A stretch of 46,530 nt of DNA, taken from positions 1-46,530 of IMG/VR virus record IMGVR_UViG_3300003375_000048. One strand, 5' to 3'. Below are positions 19,976 to 29,706 of the stretch, piece after piece. Source of the stretch: a virus. Its lineage: Duplodnaviria; Caudoviricetes. Below the pieces are notes generated by a model that saw only the letters and a program-made list of their open reading frames with translations, ran no database searches and was not told where the DNA came from. The translations under genes were made by a program, and so were the position numbers. The first letter of the stretch is position 1, and each line of letters opens with the position of its first letter.

Positions 19976-20415
19976 AGTGTTCCAATACTTTGCATATAAG
20001 CAAGGGCTTGGCGACCATAAGGATCTTTAAGTTTTTGTAAATCAATAAGTTGTAAGTTTTGTAAACCTTTTCCTACTACCAAATGTTCCCCTGTGGATAC
20101 ATCATTAGCAGAATCAACCACACCAGCTACAAAACTATTAATGTTATAAGCGGCTCTAGCATCAGCAAAGAAAGTTTGACCAACAATATCTTGCTGATAT
20201 TGAATTAATTGGCTACCACCCCAGTTATAGACTGTTAAGGTATAAATTGATGGGGCAACCCCAGCAAAATCTTGTGGAACTACTTCTAATGCCACTTCAT
20301 AAGATATTGCATAACCCGGATCATTATCAGGAATAGCAGTTGTAGGAATCCCCATGACTGCCCTAGTCCAAGCAATAAATCCAGCTAATGAAGGTGTTTG
20401 GTAGGTATCAGCCAT
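19960..20415 (-). CDS. Head-tail adaptor (DUF4054-like)
   Basis: C-terminal DPYGRQAL motif typical of this adaptor family. Confidence 0.6.
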   Translation of the reverse strand: MADTYQTPSLAGFIAWTRAVMGIPTTAIPDNDPGYAISYEVALEVVPQDFAGVAPSIYTLTVYNWGGSQLIQYQQDIVGQTFFADARAAYNINSFVAGVVDSANDVSTGEHLVVGKGLQNLQLIDLQKLKDPYGRQALAYMQSIGTLWGLT

Positions 20416-20446
20416 GGTTCAATTCTAAATAAAGGTTGCTAAAAAG

Positions 20447-20965
20447 TCATTGTTTTCTTGGACGACCTCGTTTTTGTGCTTGAGGTTCAATTCCTTCTTT
20501 TACCACTTCAATAACTTGTGAAAACTTAGGCTCATTATCTGCCGCATTTTTCTTTTCTTCAACTACTTCTACTTCAAGACCAGCTTTTGCTTTTAAGCCC
20601 ATTTCTTGTGCTTTATCAGTCAAAATTTTATCTTGAGCCGCCGCAGTTACAGAACGAGCTTGTTGTGCTCTATCAATCATTTCTTGATCGGATTGAGATA
20701 AACCAGATTCAATAGCAGAAATGCTAATAGGTTTATTTAAACGATAACAAAGTCCACCAAAACCTTTTTTAACTTTGGTAACTTCCATCATTCCATAAAT
20801 ACTATGCTGTTTGATAATAAAATCAATAGCATCTGTATCGCCCGGAATTTCAATTTGAGCACCAGCACGAATATTATGCTTAAAAGGTCTTGGATTTTCA
20901 GGAATCATATAAGTAAAATCAAATTCCTGTTTACTGCAATTAGCGATATAAAGTTTTTCCATCAT
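20447..20965 (-). CDS. Hypothetical protein downstream of the capsid gene, with C-terminal KRGRPRK (AT-hook-like)
   Basis: Likely start ATG at 20965 with GGGGA RBS; the upstream extension in the ORF track runs through a structured leader. Confidence 0.6.
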   Translation of the reverse strand: MMEKLYIANCSKQEFDFTYMIPENPRPFKHNIRAGAQIEIPGDTDAIDFIIKQHSIYGMMEVTKVKKGFGGLCYRLNKPISISAIESGLSQSDQEMIDRAQQARSVTAAAQDKILTDKAQEMGLKAKAGLEVEVVEEKKNAADNEPKFSQVIEVVKEGIEPQAQKRGRPRKQ

Positions 20966-20980
20966 ATTTCCCCAAATGGG

Positions 20981-21050
20981 TGGGAGACTGATGATGCGGA
21001 AGTCTTTTGAACTTCCCAGCCTCCCATTGAAACAGTACTCGGCATCACAC
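20981..21050 (-). ncRNA. Structured pseudoknotted leader RNA
   Basis: UGGGAGGCUG/CAGUCUCCCA 10-bp stem enclosing a GGAAGUU/GACUUCC hairpin and GCAUCAU, which can pair with the 5' GUGAUGC; G-U pairs favour the minus strand. Confidence 0.55.
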
Positions 21051-21068
21051 AAGTATTTAAATCATAAC

Positions 21069-21096
21069 AAAAAAACCTCACCGAAGTGAGGCTTTT
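21069..21096 (-). terminator. Rho-independent terminator after the major capsid gene
   Basis: GCCTCAC-TTCG-GTGAGGT hairpin with a cUUCGg loop, followed by a T run. Confidence 0.85.
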
Positions 21097-21113
21097 CTGA
21101 GTCTTTTTGCTTA

Positions 21114-22139
21114 TTAATAAGCCGCAGACAATACTGTTAAAGCTTCTGGGCGGATACCCCAACCAGAGGTGCTTCTCATAGTGTAGAGGGTAGTAATACC
21201 ACCATCAGCAATAGGAGTAGGAATCTCTGTAGGAGCTGCCACATCGCAAAGCATCAATGAAGTTGCAGTTTGATTAGGTGTCAAAGTTGCAAAAATATTG
21301 GTATTAATTGCATTATTAGCCTTAGGAATCTTCAGTTCTGGAGCAATCAAAATAATTGCATCAGTACCGCCAGCACCTTGACCAATCAATGTGTCATCAG
21401 CCGCAAAGCTAACATCGTCACCACCCGCCCATTGAGCAACAGTTTCAACCAATCCAGCGGCTGTTTCAACACCAGCACCAATTCGTTGGAATTGGGTTAG
21501 GGAAACAACACCAGAATAGCTGATTTGGCTAATGAATCGTTGTGGAGCAAGGAAAACCAAACGAAGTGGCTGACCAATTTGCAATGTACGAACTTTTAAA
21601 GCACCAATCATATTCAATAGATATTGAGCCAATTGACCAGAATCCCATGTGGAATAACCAGTATTACCATTGGTATCAGAACCTAAAGAACTACGAGTAG
21701 CACCAGTAGTGTTCAACAAGCCTTCGCCATTAGCAGGATTGTAGCCATAAAGCAAAGCATTACGGAGTTGCTGTGCAATACCTTGACGAGCCGCTAATCT
21801 CATAGCTTGTGGCAAAGCATAACCCCAAGCACCAGTAGCCGCTTCATCGAAACCGTCATACTGAGCACGAGTTTGCAAGCGATAAGTCGCTGTGCTAATC
21901 ATGCTTGGGATAACAGAAGCTGAAGGCAACTGATTAGAAGTTGATTGATTTGCACTAACTTGAGTAGTTAATTGAACTTTTTTAGCATAAACATATAAAT
22001 CTGCTTCGCCAAGACGGGGCATTGGATTCTCTGTTGCCAGAGTGGTAAATGCGCCAGAAGCCAAGCTATATTGCATGATGAGTTCAGGCATCATGTAATG
22101 AGGATTTACTGTTACATAAGAGGGTGCGAAACCTGACAT
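21114..22139 (-). CDS. Major capsid protein (DUF2184-like, HK97 fold)
   Basis: 341 aa; LLYG...GEGLLN and C-terminal TSGWGIRPEA; follows scaffold and cement genes; strong terminator downstream. Confidence 0.85.
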   Translation of the reverse strand: MSGFAPSYVTVNPHYMMPELIMQYSLASGAFTTLATENPMPRLGEADLYVYAKKVQLTTQVSANQSTSNQLPSASVIPSMISTATYRLQTRAQYDGFDEAATGAWGYALPQAMRLAARQGIAQQLRNALLYGYNPANGEGLLNTTGATRSSLGSDTNGNTGYSTWDSGQLAQYLLNMIGALKVRTLQIGQPLRLVFLAPQRFISQISYSGVVSLTQFQRIGAGVETAAGLVETVAQWAGGDDVSFAADDTLIGQGAGGTDAIILIAPELKIPKANNAINTNIFATLTPNQTATSLMLCDVAAPTEIPTPIADGGITTLYTMRSTSGWGIRPEALTVLSAAY

Positions 22140-22154
22140 GATTTAATTCCTTTC

Positions 22155-22793
22155 TTAGATTTGGACTACTGCAATATTGCCAGTAGAAGTCCAGTTAGCA
22201 TTACCAGTTCCGCTGGAATATGAAACCAATTTATTATTAGCTGTACTAATACGGAGAATCTTGCAAGGAACTGCAAAATTGCTTGTAGAAGTAGTAGTTA
22301 ATTGAAAAGCGGCTACATCCCAATAAACGGTTTCAGTAACTGAAGAACCTTCCAAAGCTACGATAGAAGCATCGCATGGCAAAGGAATACGAGCACCGCT
22401 ACCAAAACGGTAGAAGTTTACTGACATACCGGGAGAGAACAATGGAGCAGTACTCTGTGGAGTAGTAATTCCATTAAATGCTTGGTTATAGACAGCAATA
22501 CCAGTTGGAGCAGAAGCGGCACTAGATTGAATAACTGTACCACCTAATGTATCTGTTCCTGGTTGGTTATCACCAGAATAGTATCCATTTTGCAAAGTTG
22601 GAATAAGTTCTGTAATTGGCACACCGCCCCATAATGGGGTTGTAGCCGCTGTAGAAAATACACCGCCAGCAAGGGCAAACTTCACCGCTGGATCGTCAAG
22701 TGCATCACCTTGTGTAAAACCATTGCTATTAGTATTAAAAAGACCATTAGCGGTGGTTGTCACCATTGGCTGAATAGAAATTTGAGCAGTCAT
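22155..22793 (-). CDS. Capsid cement/decoration protein
   Basis: 212 aa between scaffold and capsid genes; PLWGGVPI and VNFYRFGSGARI motifs. Confidence 0.65.
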   Translation of the reverse strand: MTAQISIQPMVTTTANGLFNTNSNGFTQGDALDDPAVKFALAGGVFSTAATTPLWGGVPITELIPTLQNGYYSGDNQPGTDTLGGTVIQSSAASAPTGIAVYNQAFNGITTPQSTAPLFSPGMSVNFYRFGSGARIPLPCDASIVALEGSSVTETVYWDVAAFQLTTTSTSNFAVPCKILRISTANNKLVSYSSGTGNANWTSTGNIAVVQI

Positions 22794-22803
22794 GGCTTAT
22801 TCC

Positions 22804-23691
22804 TTATCGTTGATTGTTGTTCAAAGTATTGAACTTCATAACCCGCAATGCAGGAACTTTGAAGTCACCCAACCATGCTTCCATATCACCACGGAACTTA
22901 GTGATGGTACGACCTGCACGATCTTTTTCATGCAATTCAACTAATTGACCTTGACCAATATGGGTAGAGGCACGAGAAGCGGCAACTGCATCAGCAAAAA
23001 TTTGTTTTTCTGCCAAAGCCAATAGTGCTTCGTCTTTAATTGAATTGATATTTACACCTTTATAAGCATCGCTGTAGCCTTGGAGACCACGAAGCATCCG
23101 CTTACGATAAGCCATTAATGACTCACCTTGCAATGGGCGAGAAGCAGATTTGCCGAAAGCAGAGAATACAGAGTCAGCTTTTGCTTGTGCATCGCACATA
23201 GCGGCTTCTTCTTCATCTTTCTTAGCGGCTTCTTCTTCGTCATCATCCATTTTGGCATCTTCATCATCTGGTTTAATTTCGCCAGCTTTACCATGAACAA
23301 CAGGGTTAGAGCCTTCCGCATCTTTGCGGTCATCTTCTTCCTCGTCATCATCGTCTTTTTTATGTTCAGCTTGCCATTCTTTGAGATCTTCCAAGTTATC
23401 ATCTTTCTTAGCTTTTCTCATCATAAATGCCTTAGCTTTTTTGGAGGACATAGAATCTTTACGATCATCTTCATCTTTACGATCATCTTCTTCTTCGTCA
23501 TCGTCATCGCCATAAGCATCATCATCGTCTTTTTTGGCTTTCTTTTTGTCAGCCGCAGTTACCAATGGTGGCGCAGGCATATTTTTTTCCATGTCATCTA
23601 CCCTTGCGATTAGACCCGCAACGGCTTTTAAGATGGCATCGAGTTTTTCGCCTTGAGCATCTGCTCTTAGCTCTACTTTAGATTCACTCAT
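22804..23691 (-). CDS. Capsid scaffolding protein
   Basis: Highly acidic D/E tracts; lies between protease and capsid genes. Confidence 0.65.
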   Translation of the reverse strand: MSESKVELRADAQGEKLDAILKAVAGLIARVDDMEKNMPAPPLVTAADKKKAKKDDDDAYGDDDDEEEDDRKDEDDRKDSMSSKKAKAFMMRKAKKDDNLEDLKEWQAEHKKDDDDEEEDDRKDAEGSNPVVHGKAGEIKPDDEDAKMDDDEEEAAKKDEEEAAMCDAQAKADSVFSAFGKSASRPLQGESLMAYRKRMLRGLQGYSDAYKGVNINSIKDEALLALAEKQIFADAVAASRASTHIGQGQLVELHEKDRAGRTITKFRGDMEAWLGDFKVPALRVMKFNTLNNNQR

Positions 23692-25087
23692 TTTTAGATA
23701 CCTCTGGATTAGTTAATAAAACACCGGCAGGGTCGCCGCCTTTATCCCATACTCCCTTAGATCCTCTTGCTTTTGTAACAATAGCAATATGATCTAAAAG
23801 AAATGGGACACCTTCAATTAAAAGTGGCTCGCCACTCTCAGTTGTAAGTGTAGTATTTCCAGCAGTATTGTCAAATACTACTGAAGGTGAAGTTGAAATA
23901 TCGCCTTCACAAATTTCTTTGATGGCATCTTCATCATAAATCTTAGCAATACCCCAGACTTCATCGCCTTGAATATAAGGCAGAATAATACTACCCACAG
24001 CACGATTTTTAAATTCTTTGGTAGTTAAAACCGCTGTTTCTGGATGATCCATAATAACGATCAAACCATTGCAACGATTTAAAAATTCTGTATTTAGATA
24101 AAGACTAGGATCTCGCCATACATGTTCACCAATAGATGAACGATAAGCCAAGCCTGTTCCAGTAATGCGAATTGCCAATAACATGATATTGGCATACATT
24201 TGTGGGCTAGGCAGGATATTTTCTTGAATTAATTGAGCCACATCATATTCAGTTTTTGCAGAAGCGGCTTTTACTGCATTTTGTAAACCGGGATGTAATG
24301 GCAAATCTGGGTTTTCTACATGGCACCAATCGTAGCCTGTAGATTCATAATTTAATTTAACAGGGAATTGTTCAATATTTCTAGCAATATAAGTGCAGAA
24401 TTGCCCATCGTCATAAAGAACTTCTAATTCGCCTTCGTATTTATAACCAATTTCTTCATGGCATTCCCTGCGAGCACATTCTTCTAAAGTTTCTTGTGCA
24501 TTTTGATGACCACCGGGAACACACCAAGTCTTAGGATAATCCCCACCATCGCCTCTGCGAATTAATAGGGTTTTATAGTCATTGGTTAAAAATAAAATGC
24601 CAGATGCTCTGCCTTGTGCGCCAGCCATTTTATCTACAGGAACTGTATTATGGGCTGGTTCACCAATAATTTCGCTTTTGGGATCTCCAGCAAATTCTTT
24701 TACTGAATCAGATTTAGTTTCGCCCAATCTGGCTACCACTTCATCTTCTTTGGATTCACCAAAGCGAGGCACAACATAACTATCTTTTAATTCGTGCAAT
24801 CTGCCCAATAAATTATCTAAATCTTCCCTAAATTGGGCATTGGTATATTCTTCTTCTCCCTTTTTTTGTTGGGGAGTTAATAAAGCAGGGGCTTGTTTGG
24901 TATCTTTGCGGGCTTCTTTTTCAGCTATTTCTTTGGAAAATAAATCCAAAAGCCACATATTTAAATCTGCTTCATCTTTTGCATGTTTGATAAACTTTTT
25001 AGCCACCTTTTGCGGAATACCAAGATATCCCTTGCCAGCGGCGGCGGCATACATTGCTTTTCTTTGTTTATCAGATTCAAAAGGCAT
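23684..25087 (-). CDS. NUDIX hydrolase fused to DUF2213-like prohead protease
   Basis: Intact Nudix box G-HQNAQ-E-TLEECAR-RECHEEIGY; C-terminal MDHPE...DHIAIV...G motifs of DUF2213-type proteases. Confidence 0.8.
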   Translation of the reverse strand: MPFESDKQRKAMYAAAAGKGYLGIPQKVAKKFIKHAKDEADLNMWLLDLFSKEIAEKEARKDTKQAPALLTPQQKKGEEEYTNAQFREDLDNLLGRLHELKDSYVVPRFGESKEDEVVARLGETKSDSVKEFAGDPKSEIIGEPAHNTVPVDKMAGAQGRASGILFLTNDYKTLLIRRGDGGDYPKTWCVPGGHQNAQETLEECARRECHEEIGYKYEGELEVLYDDGQFCTYIARNIEQFPVKLNYESTGYDWCHVENPDLPLHPGLQNAVKAASAKTEYDVAQLIQENILPSPQMYANIMLLAIRITGTGLAYRSSIGEHVWRDPSLYLNTEFLNRCNGLIVIMDHPETAVLTTKEFKNRAVGSIILPYIQGDEVWGIAKIYDEDAIKEICEGDISTSPSVVFDNTAGNTTLTTESGEPLLIEGVPFLLDHIAIVTKARGSKGVWDKGGDPAGVLLTNPEVSKNE

Positions 25088-25096
25088 ATATTTACC

Positions 25097-25894
25097 TTAT
25101 ATTAATTTTGCAGATTGTAATGCTAATTCACCTTTTTTGGTGAGTAAATCTTTTACTTGTCGCAAATTATATAAATAAACATAATTGCATCGGCAAAAAA
25201 CTTCTTCACCCGGTTGGGTTATATCGTCAGTATATCCATTTGGAGCATTAATATAATCTTTTTGATAAGCCCAACCAGATTTAATTACATAAATCTTTTC
25301 ATCTCGTTCTTTATGGTCTTTACGATAATTGTAATTTGGTTGTTTCCAATGGCTATGCCATCTGGCGGCTATTGCTCCAGCATCGGTGGCAACTATATCT
25401 TTAATATTGGCAACTAATTTATGGGTTTGATCTATTACAATCCGCCTTTGTTCAAAAGGCATTTTGCCCAATGATTTTCTAATTAATTGCTTTTCTTTTA
25501 CTTTATTAACAGCTTTAGAACCGCCCACAGGAATAGAAGTAGCCCATCCTTCAAATCTTCGCAATGTATTAGATATATTCTGTTCTCGGTTATATTTAAT
25601 TAAATTGGCAGAAGCTAATATTCTGCGATCCAATTCAGACCGAAGTTTAGGTTTTAACCGATCAATGGTAAAGCGACTTACATCCTTATTAACTAATCCG
25701 CCTTTGGTTACTAATCGACTAAAAGCGGTATTTAATGCTTTGGTCATTTCCGCTTCCATTTCGGCATCGGATTTTATGGCTTTATTAGCCGCTTCTTTAA
25801 TTTTTTCTAACCAATAATCTAACCGCTTCTTGGAGTCGAAGCCATTTTCCATAAAATCATTTATGGCGGCAGTTAAAACCTCGAAAAAGGTCAT
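25097..25894 (-). CDS. Head morphogenesis/minor head protein (SPP1 gp7/Mu gpF-like)
   Basis: DQTHKL, R..H..RD and PGEEVFCRC motifs. Confidence 0.85.
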   Translation of the reverse strand: MTFFEVLTAAINDFMENGFDSKKRLDYWLEKIKEAANKAIKSDAEMEAEMTKALNTAFSRLVTKGGLVNKDVSRFTIDRLKPKLRSELDRRILASANLIKYNREQNISNTLRRFEGWATSIPVGGSKAVNKVKEKQLIRKSLGKMPFEQRRIVIDQTHKLVANIKDIVATDAGAIAARWHSHWKQPNYNYRKDHKERDEKIYVIKSGWAYQKDYINAPNGYTDDITQPGEEVFCRCNYVYLYNLRQVKDLLTKKGELALQSAKLI

Positions 25895-25896
25895 AA

Positions 25897-27309
25897 TTAA
25901 CGAACCGTTGGAACTTTTTGATCTCTAAATGGATCTTCAGGTGGCTCATATTCTGCCAATTCATCAATATCCAAAGTTAATGTGCTTTGGAACATATCTG
26001 GCATTTCATTCAAATTATCTTGTGCCCATTGAATAATTCTGCCACGATTATCACCATCAGCCATAGGCAATATAGTCCGCATTACTTCGGTAATGCCTTT
26101 TAATTTAATATCTGCCACTTTAACTTTTTCGGATTCTGGTTCTTCCATTAATGAATCCCAATCAGCATGGAAATGCTTTTGCCATTCATAAAATGCTTTT
26201 TCATAAGTGGTATCGGCATATACATCAGGATAAGCGGCTTTAACAGATTCATAAAAATCTTTATTCCATGCTCTATGCTGAACAATCTTGTCAAAAAAGC
26301 GATAAAGGCTTCGCATTTCTTCACGAATACCATCTATATATTGAACAATGGCTTTGCTATCTTCTGTGCCTTCACCAAAACCTTTGGTAAATGCTTCATC
26401 ACGAAGCAATAAGGCTGGAACATCACCAGCGGCGGCAATATTGGCAATAATATTATCCCTAGCGGTGGTCATAGCGGTATCGGTATTGGCAAGATTTAAT
26501 GCTTCAATAGATTCATCAATATCTATGCTTAAAACATTATTAGTCCCGCCTGTTTGTAATAATGACCGCTTAATATTGGATGCTTGTTGCATTAAGCGAT
26601 TAACAATAGATCCTGCTGGTTTCATTTTGGTTATCAATAAACCAGCTTTATAAGTCACCATATCATCCGTAACCATAGATTGGATGAAAGATTTCATTGG
26701 GTATAAAGCACGAAGGAATATAGATCTGCCTGTATATCCAAAACCAGATGATTGGAAAGATAAATAAATCGGAGTGCCATTAAATACAGTTACCGATCTG
26801 CTTGGATGATAAGGCTGACCAGCGGCTGTAATATAACTCAATGGTTTTTGAAAATCTGGAGAATTAGGATTCTGATTGGTAACAATAGAGCCTGCAAGGT
26901 TTAATGGGTCTAATTTATTAAAGTAAAGATTTAAATTAGGCAATAACCATGGGTCTATAGGTTGATCTGTTGGAATATCATCAGCACCCATTACTAAAGC
27001 GGCGGCACCATAAGTTCGTTTTAAAAACATTACATCTCGAATATAGGATGTAGCATCTAATCTTTCCCATTCTTCTTCAAATGCTTCGACCAGCATTTCT
27101 TTTGGCTCTTTATCTACAGTAATAATTCTGGGTTTAGATAAAGCAAGGCGGACAGGCTTTTCTACTAATTTACCGCCCAATGGGTGATATTCCCAAAGCA
27201 ATTTACAAAGTTCATAGCCGGGTTGAGAGCCGGGTTCAATATTCTGTGCTGTAAGGATGCTGGAAAGAGTATTTCCTAAGCTGGAATAAGTTGTTTCAAT
27301 ATCTGCCAT
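25897..27309 (-). CDS. Portal protein (DUF1073-like)
   Basis: 470 aa after the large terminase; KRTYGAAALV, GYTGRS and IAAAGDVPALLL motifs. Confidence 0.8.
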   Translation of the reverse strand: MADIETTYSSLGNTLSSILTAQNIEPGSQPGYELCKLLWEYHPLGGKLVEKPVRLALSKPRIITVDKEPKEMLVEAFEEEWERLDATSYIRDVMFLKRTYGAAALVMGADDIPTDQPIDPWLLPNLNLYFNKLDPLNLAGSIVTNQNPNSPDFQKPLSYITAAGQPYHPSRSVTVFNGTPIYLSFQSSGFGYTGRSIFLRALYPMKSFIQSMVTDDMVTYKAGLLITKMKPAGSIVNRLMQQASNIKRSLLQTGGTNNVLSIDIDESIEALNLANTDTAMTTARDNIIANIAAAGDVPALLLRDEAFTKGFGEGTEDSKAIVQYIDGIREEMRSLYRFFDKIVQHRAWNKDFYESVKAAYPDVYADTTYEKAFYEWQKHFHADWDSLMEEPESEKVKVADIKLKGITEVMRTILPMADGDNRGRIIQWAQDNLNEMPDMFQSTLTLDIDELAEYEPPEDPFRDQKVPTVR

Positions 27310-27311
27310 AG

Positions 27312-28583
27312 TTAGAATCCGTATTTATCGCCAACACCAATAGCCAAACTATACACAAAAGCATCCAGCAAGTCATCTGCTCTGGATGATGCTTCTTTAT
27401 CGCCAATTTTAAATCCAGCAATCTGGGTTAATAAATGGTTTCTAGTAATATTTTTAAAACTGACCACTTTATCAAAAGCATATTGGCTTATCTTAATCTT
27501 TTCTTGATGGAAATAACCAGAAACCGAGATTGCTCTTTCATCTTTGCCTTTCATGGTTAATTCTGAATCAATTTTATGAGTAAGCCAACCACGAGATCTG
27601 CCTTGTTGCAATAATATAGATCCAGCCGCCGCATCTTCAATGAATACCCCTGCTGATCCATAACGAGCATTCATTTGCTTGGCTAATTCATCGCATCGAG
27701 CAAATACCGAAGGCATATAGTTTTCTAATAATGCCCCATCAATTTGGATAATATCCCAATCCAATATCACCAATGGATGCCCAGCCAAATATTTATTAAA
27801 TGAGCAATAAACTATGGCTGTGCCATCATTTTCTTTACCGCCTTTAACCGCTGTATCCATTACTGCAAATACAGTATCCACTCGTTCTGGATAATCTACG
27901 GGTTTACCCTCTACCATCAATTTATCTATGGTAAAGAAAGCAATACCAGACCAATCCACAAATTCGGCTAGATATTCTTGTTTAAATACTAATGGATGGT
28001 TTTCTTTTTCTAATTTGGCTAATTCTTCAGGTGGCAAATATGGATTAGCATGGGTAGGAGCATGATGGTCAGTAAAGCCATATTCTGGATCTTCACCTAT
28101 GCGATAAAAGAAATTTTCTTCATCTATACCATTAGGAGTGGATAAAACCCAAGCATCACCGCCATAATCCAATAAAGTAGGCTTAATACTGGTATTCCAT
28201 ATATGTAACATATTGGGTTTAGTAAAAGCGGCTTCATCAATAATAACAGTGTGATATTTGCGGGATCGACCAGCTCTTTCATTTTCTAATGTCCAAAAGT
28301 CTATTCGCCCACCGCCAATTACTTGATAAATGCCATCAATTTTGGATGCAGACTTTTTAATCGGATCTAATATATCGGCTATTTCATTATAGGCTTCTGC
28401 AAGAATCTTATATTGAGGAACAAACCAGCCAACTCGTTTACCTTCCCATGCGGCAGTACAAGCAATAATTTCTGCCATTACTGTCTTGCCATATCGCCTT
28501 CCACAACGAACCCGATTAAATCTGGTTCTTTCTTTATATATACGGATTTGATCAGAATGAGGTGTAGGCAGTTCTATATTCAT
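27312..28583 (-). CDS. terL: Terminase large subunit
   Basis: Walker A CGRRYGKT, Walker B VIIDEAA, motif III LSTP, nuclease acidic residues MDTA...DDLLDA. Confidence 0.95.
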   Translation of the reverse strand: MNIELPTPHSDQIRIYKERTRFNRVRCGRRYGKTVMAEIIACTAAWEGKRVGWFVPQYKILAEAYNEIADILDPIKKSASKIDGIYQVIGGGRIDFWTLENERAGRSRKYHTVIIDEAAFTKPNMLHIWNTSIKPTLLDYGGDAWVLSTPNGIDEENFFYRIGEDPEYGFTDHHAPTHANPYLPPEELAKLEKENHPLVFKQEYLAEFVDWSGIAFFTIDKLMVEGKPVDYPERVDTVFAVMDTAVKGGKENDGTAIVYCSFNKYLAGHPLVILDWDIIQIDGALLENYMPSVFARCDELAKQMNARYGSAGVFIEDAAAGSILLQQGRSRGWLTHKIDSELTMKGKDERAISVSGYFHQEKIKISQYAFDKVVSFKNITRNHLLTQIAGFKIGDKEASSRADDLLDAFVYSLAIGVGDKYGF

Positions 28584-28936
28584 TATTCTTCAAAACCGCC
28601 TCTAAGTCGGATAATTTTCTCCCCATTAGAGCCTTCCCCATCATGGTTTTCTTTCCATCGGGCTTGGGTTTTTAAATAAAAGAACATACAGGCTTTATCT
28701 CCGCCTTTAGCCATATTGAATAATGTATTAGCAATGCTGGCAACTGCTTCTGCTTTGCCCAGTTCTAATTCTTCTGAATAATACAATTTTAATGTGGGCG
28801 AACTAATGCCCATCTTGGAGCATATTTGCTCTTGAGTTAAACCAATGCCTGATAGCACACGAACCATTTTCCGAGAATCATCGGAAGGCACATGTGCTGG
28901 TCTACCTCTAGTTTCGACTTTAGCTTCTGTTTCCAT
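28583..28936 (-). CDS. terS: Terminase small subunit
   Basis: GRP motif, HTH (GLTQEQICSKMGIS..TL), FYLKTQARW; abuts terL. Confidence 0.85.
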   Translation of the reverse strand: METEAKVETRGRPAHVPSDDSRKMVRVLSGIGLTQEQICSKMGISSPTLKLYYSEELELGKAEAVASIANTLFNMAKGGDKACMFFYLKTQARWKENHDGEGSNGEKIIRLRGGFEE

Positions 28937-29046
28937 TTTATAAGCACAGAATAATACATTAGTTAATTTGTCTTTACAATAATATATGATTAATTGGTAA
29001 TGGGTATGCTTTAACTATGCTATACCCAATAATGAATAATGTAAAA

Positions 29047-29379
29047 CTATATAAATGTATTATTTTCTAAATTTAATAATGCATTAATTCGTTCCAGCAT
29101 ATCTTCTTCGGTAATGCTATATCGCTTTTCAAAAGCTTTTCTACCCATTCCGTGAATACCGGTATTTCCTCTGTGGTGTTCTGGGCATAATGGGATAGAA
29201 GGGGCATTATTTCTTTTACTAGTTCGTCTAATGTGATGTATTTCTGCTGGGGTGCCTTTGCCATATCCTAGGTGGTAACAAAGATAGCAACCAAAATCTG
29301 CCATCTTTGCATAATTCTTTTTAGTTTCTAATTTCAAATGAATCCGATCAATATCAATGCCGGGAAATTCTAATGACAA
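29047..29379 (-). CDS. Ref-like (RecA-dependent) HNH nuclease; start codon uncertain
   Basis: GCYLC...PAEIHHIR...IPLCPEHHRG..GIH Zn/HNH motifs of the Ref family. Confidence 0.75.
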   Translation of the reverse strand: MSLEFPGIDIDRIHLKLETKKNYAKMADFGCYLCYHLGYGKGTPAEIHHIRRTSKRNNAPSIPLCPEHHRGNTGIHGMGRKAFEKRYSITEEDMLERINALLNLENNTFI

Positions 29380-29540
29380 TTTTGGCTTTCCGTTAAAGTA
29401 GGAATAACCAATTCTTTAGGAGCATCTAATACATATAATGGGGTAGGTTCTATTACCCACATCCTAAATAATTCATCTTTGCTGGTGGCAAAATCATAAA
29501 TAATGCCTTTATAAAGAATCGCCCATCCCACGATTTTCAT
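29370..29540 (-). CDS. Hypothetical 56-aa protein (not in ORF track)
   Basis: MKIVGWAILYKG...QNCH*; preceded by TCGAAAAGGA RBS. Confidence 0.55.
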   Translation of the reverse strand: MKIVGWAILYKGIIYDFATSKDELFRMWVIEPTPLYVLDAPKELVIPTLTESQNCH

Positions 29541-29706
29541 CTATTTTCCTTTTCGATATTTCTAATTCAAATTCTAATCCCTTAATGCGGATTTGCAAGT
29601 GCTCTATCGCTTTTTGCTGATATTCGCATAATTGCTTGTAATGCCTATTTTCCATTATATGTCGCAATAATGGTTTCCAATCTTCAAAGGATTCTTCAGA
29701 ATTCAT
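29509..29706 (-). CDS. Hypothetical coiled-coil protein
   Basis: 65 aa; start coupled to the upstream stop (TAATG). Confidence 0.55.
   Translation of the reverse strand: MNSEESFEDWKPLLRHIMENRHYKQLCEYQQKAIEHLQIRIKGLEFELEISKRKIDENRGMGDSL

Noticed and set aside
20988-21032. Plus-strand CTGATGA...GAAA suggesting a third hammerhead
   Set aside because: No stem II closes between the two core segments and no matching stems I/III with an NUH site; the minus-strand fold explains the region better
20981-21050. HDV-like/theta ribozyme call for the post-capsid pseudoknot
   Set aside because: Lacks P1.1, P4 and the J4/2 catalytic cytosine; P3 is too long; no adjacent tRNA
23128-23613. Hydrophobic 161-aa and poly-Ser plus-strand ORFs
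   Set aside because: Antisense shadows of the Asp/Glu/Lys-rich scaffold gene
25897-27309. Anti-CBASS (Acb1-like) label for the DUF1073-like protein
   Set aside because: Size and position between terminase and head morphogenesis genes indicate portal; no 2H-phosphodiesterase HxT/S motif pair recognised
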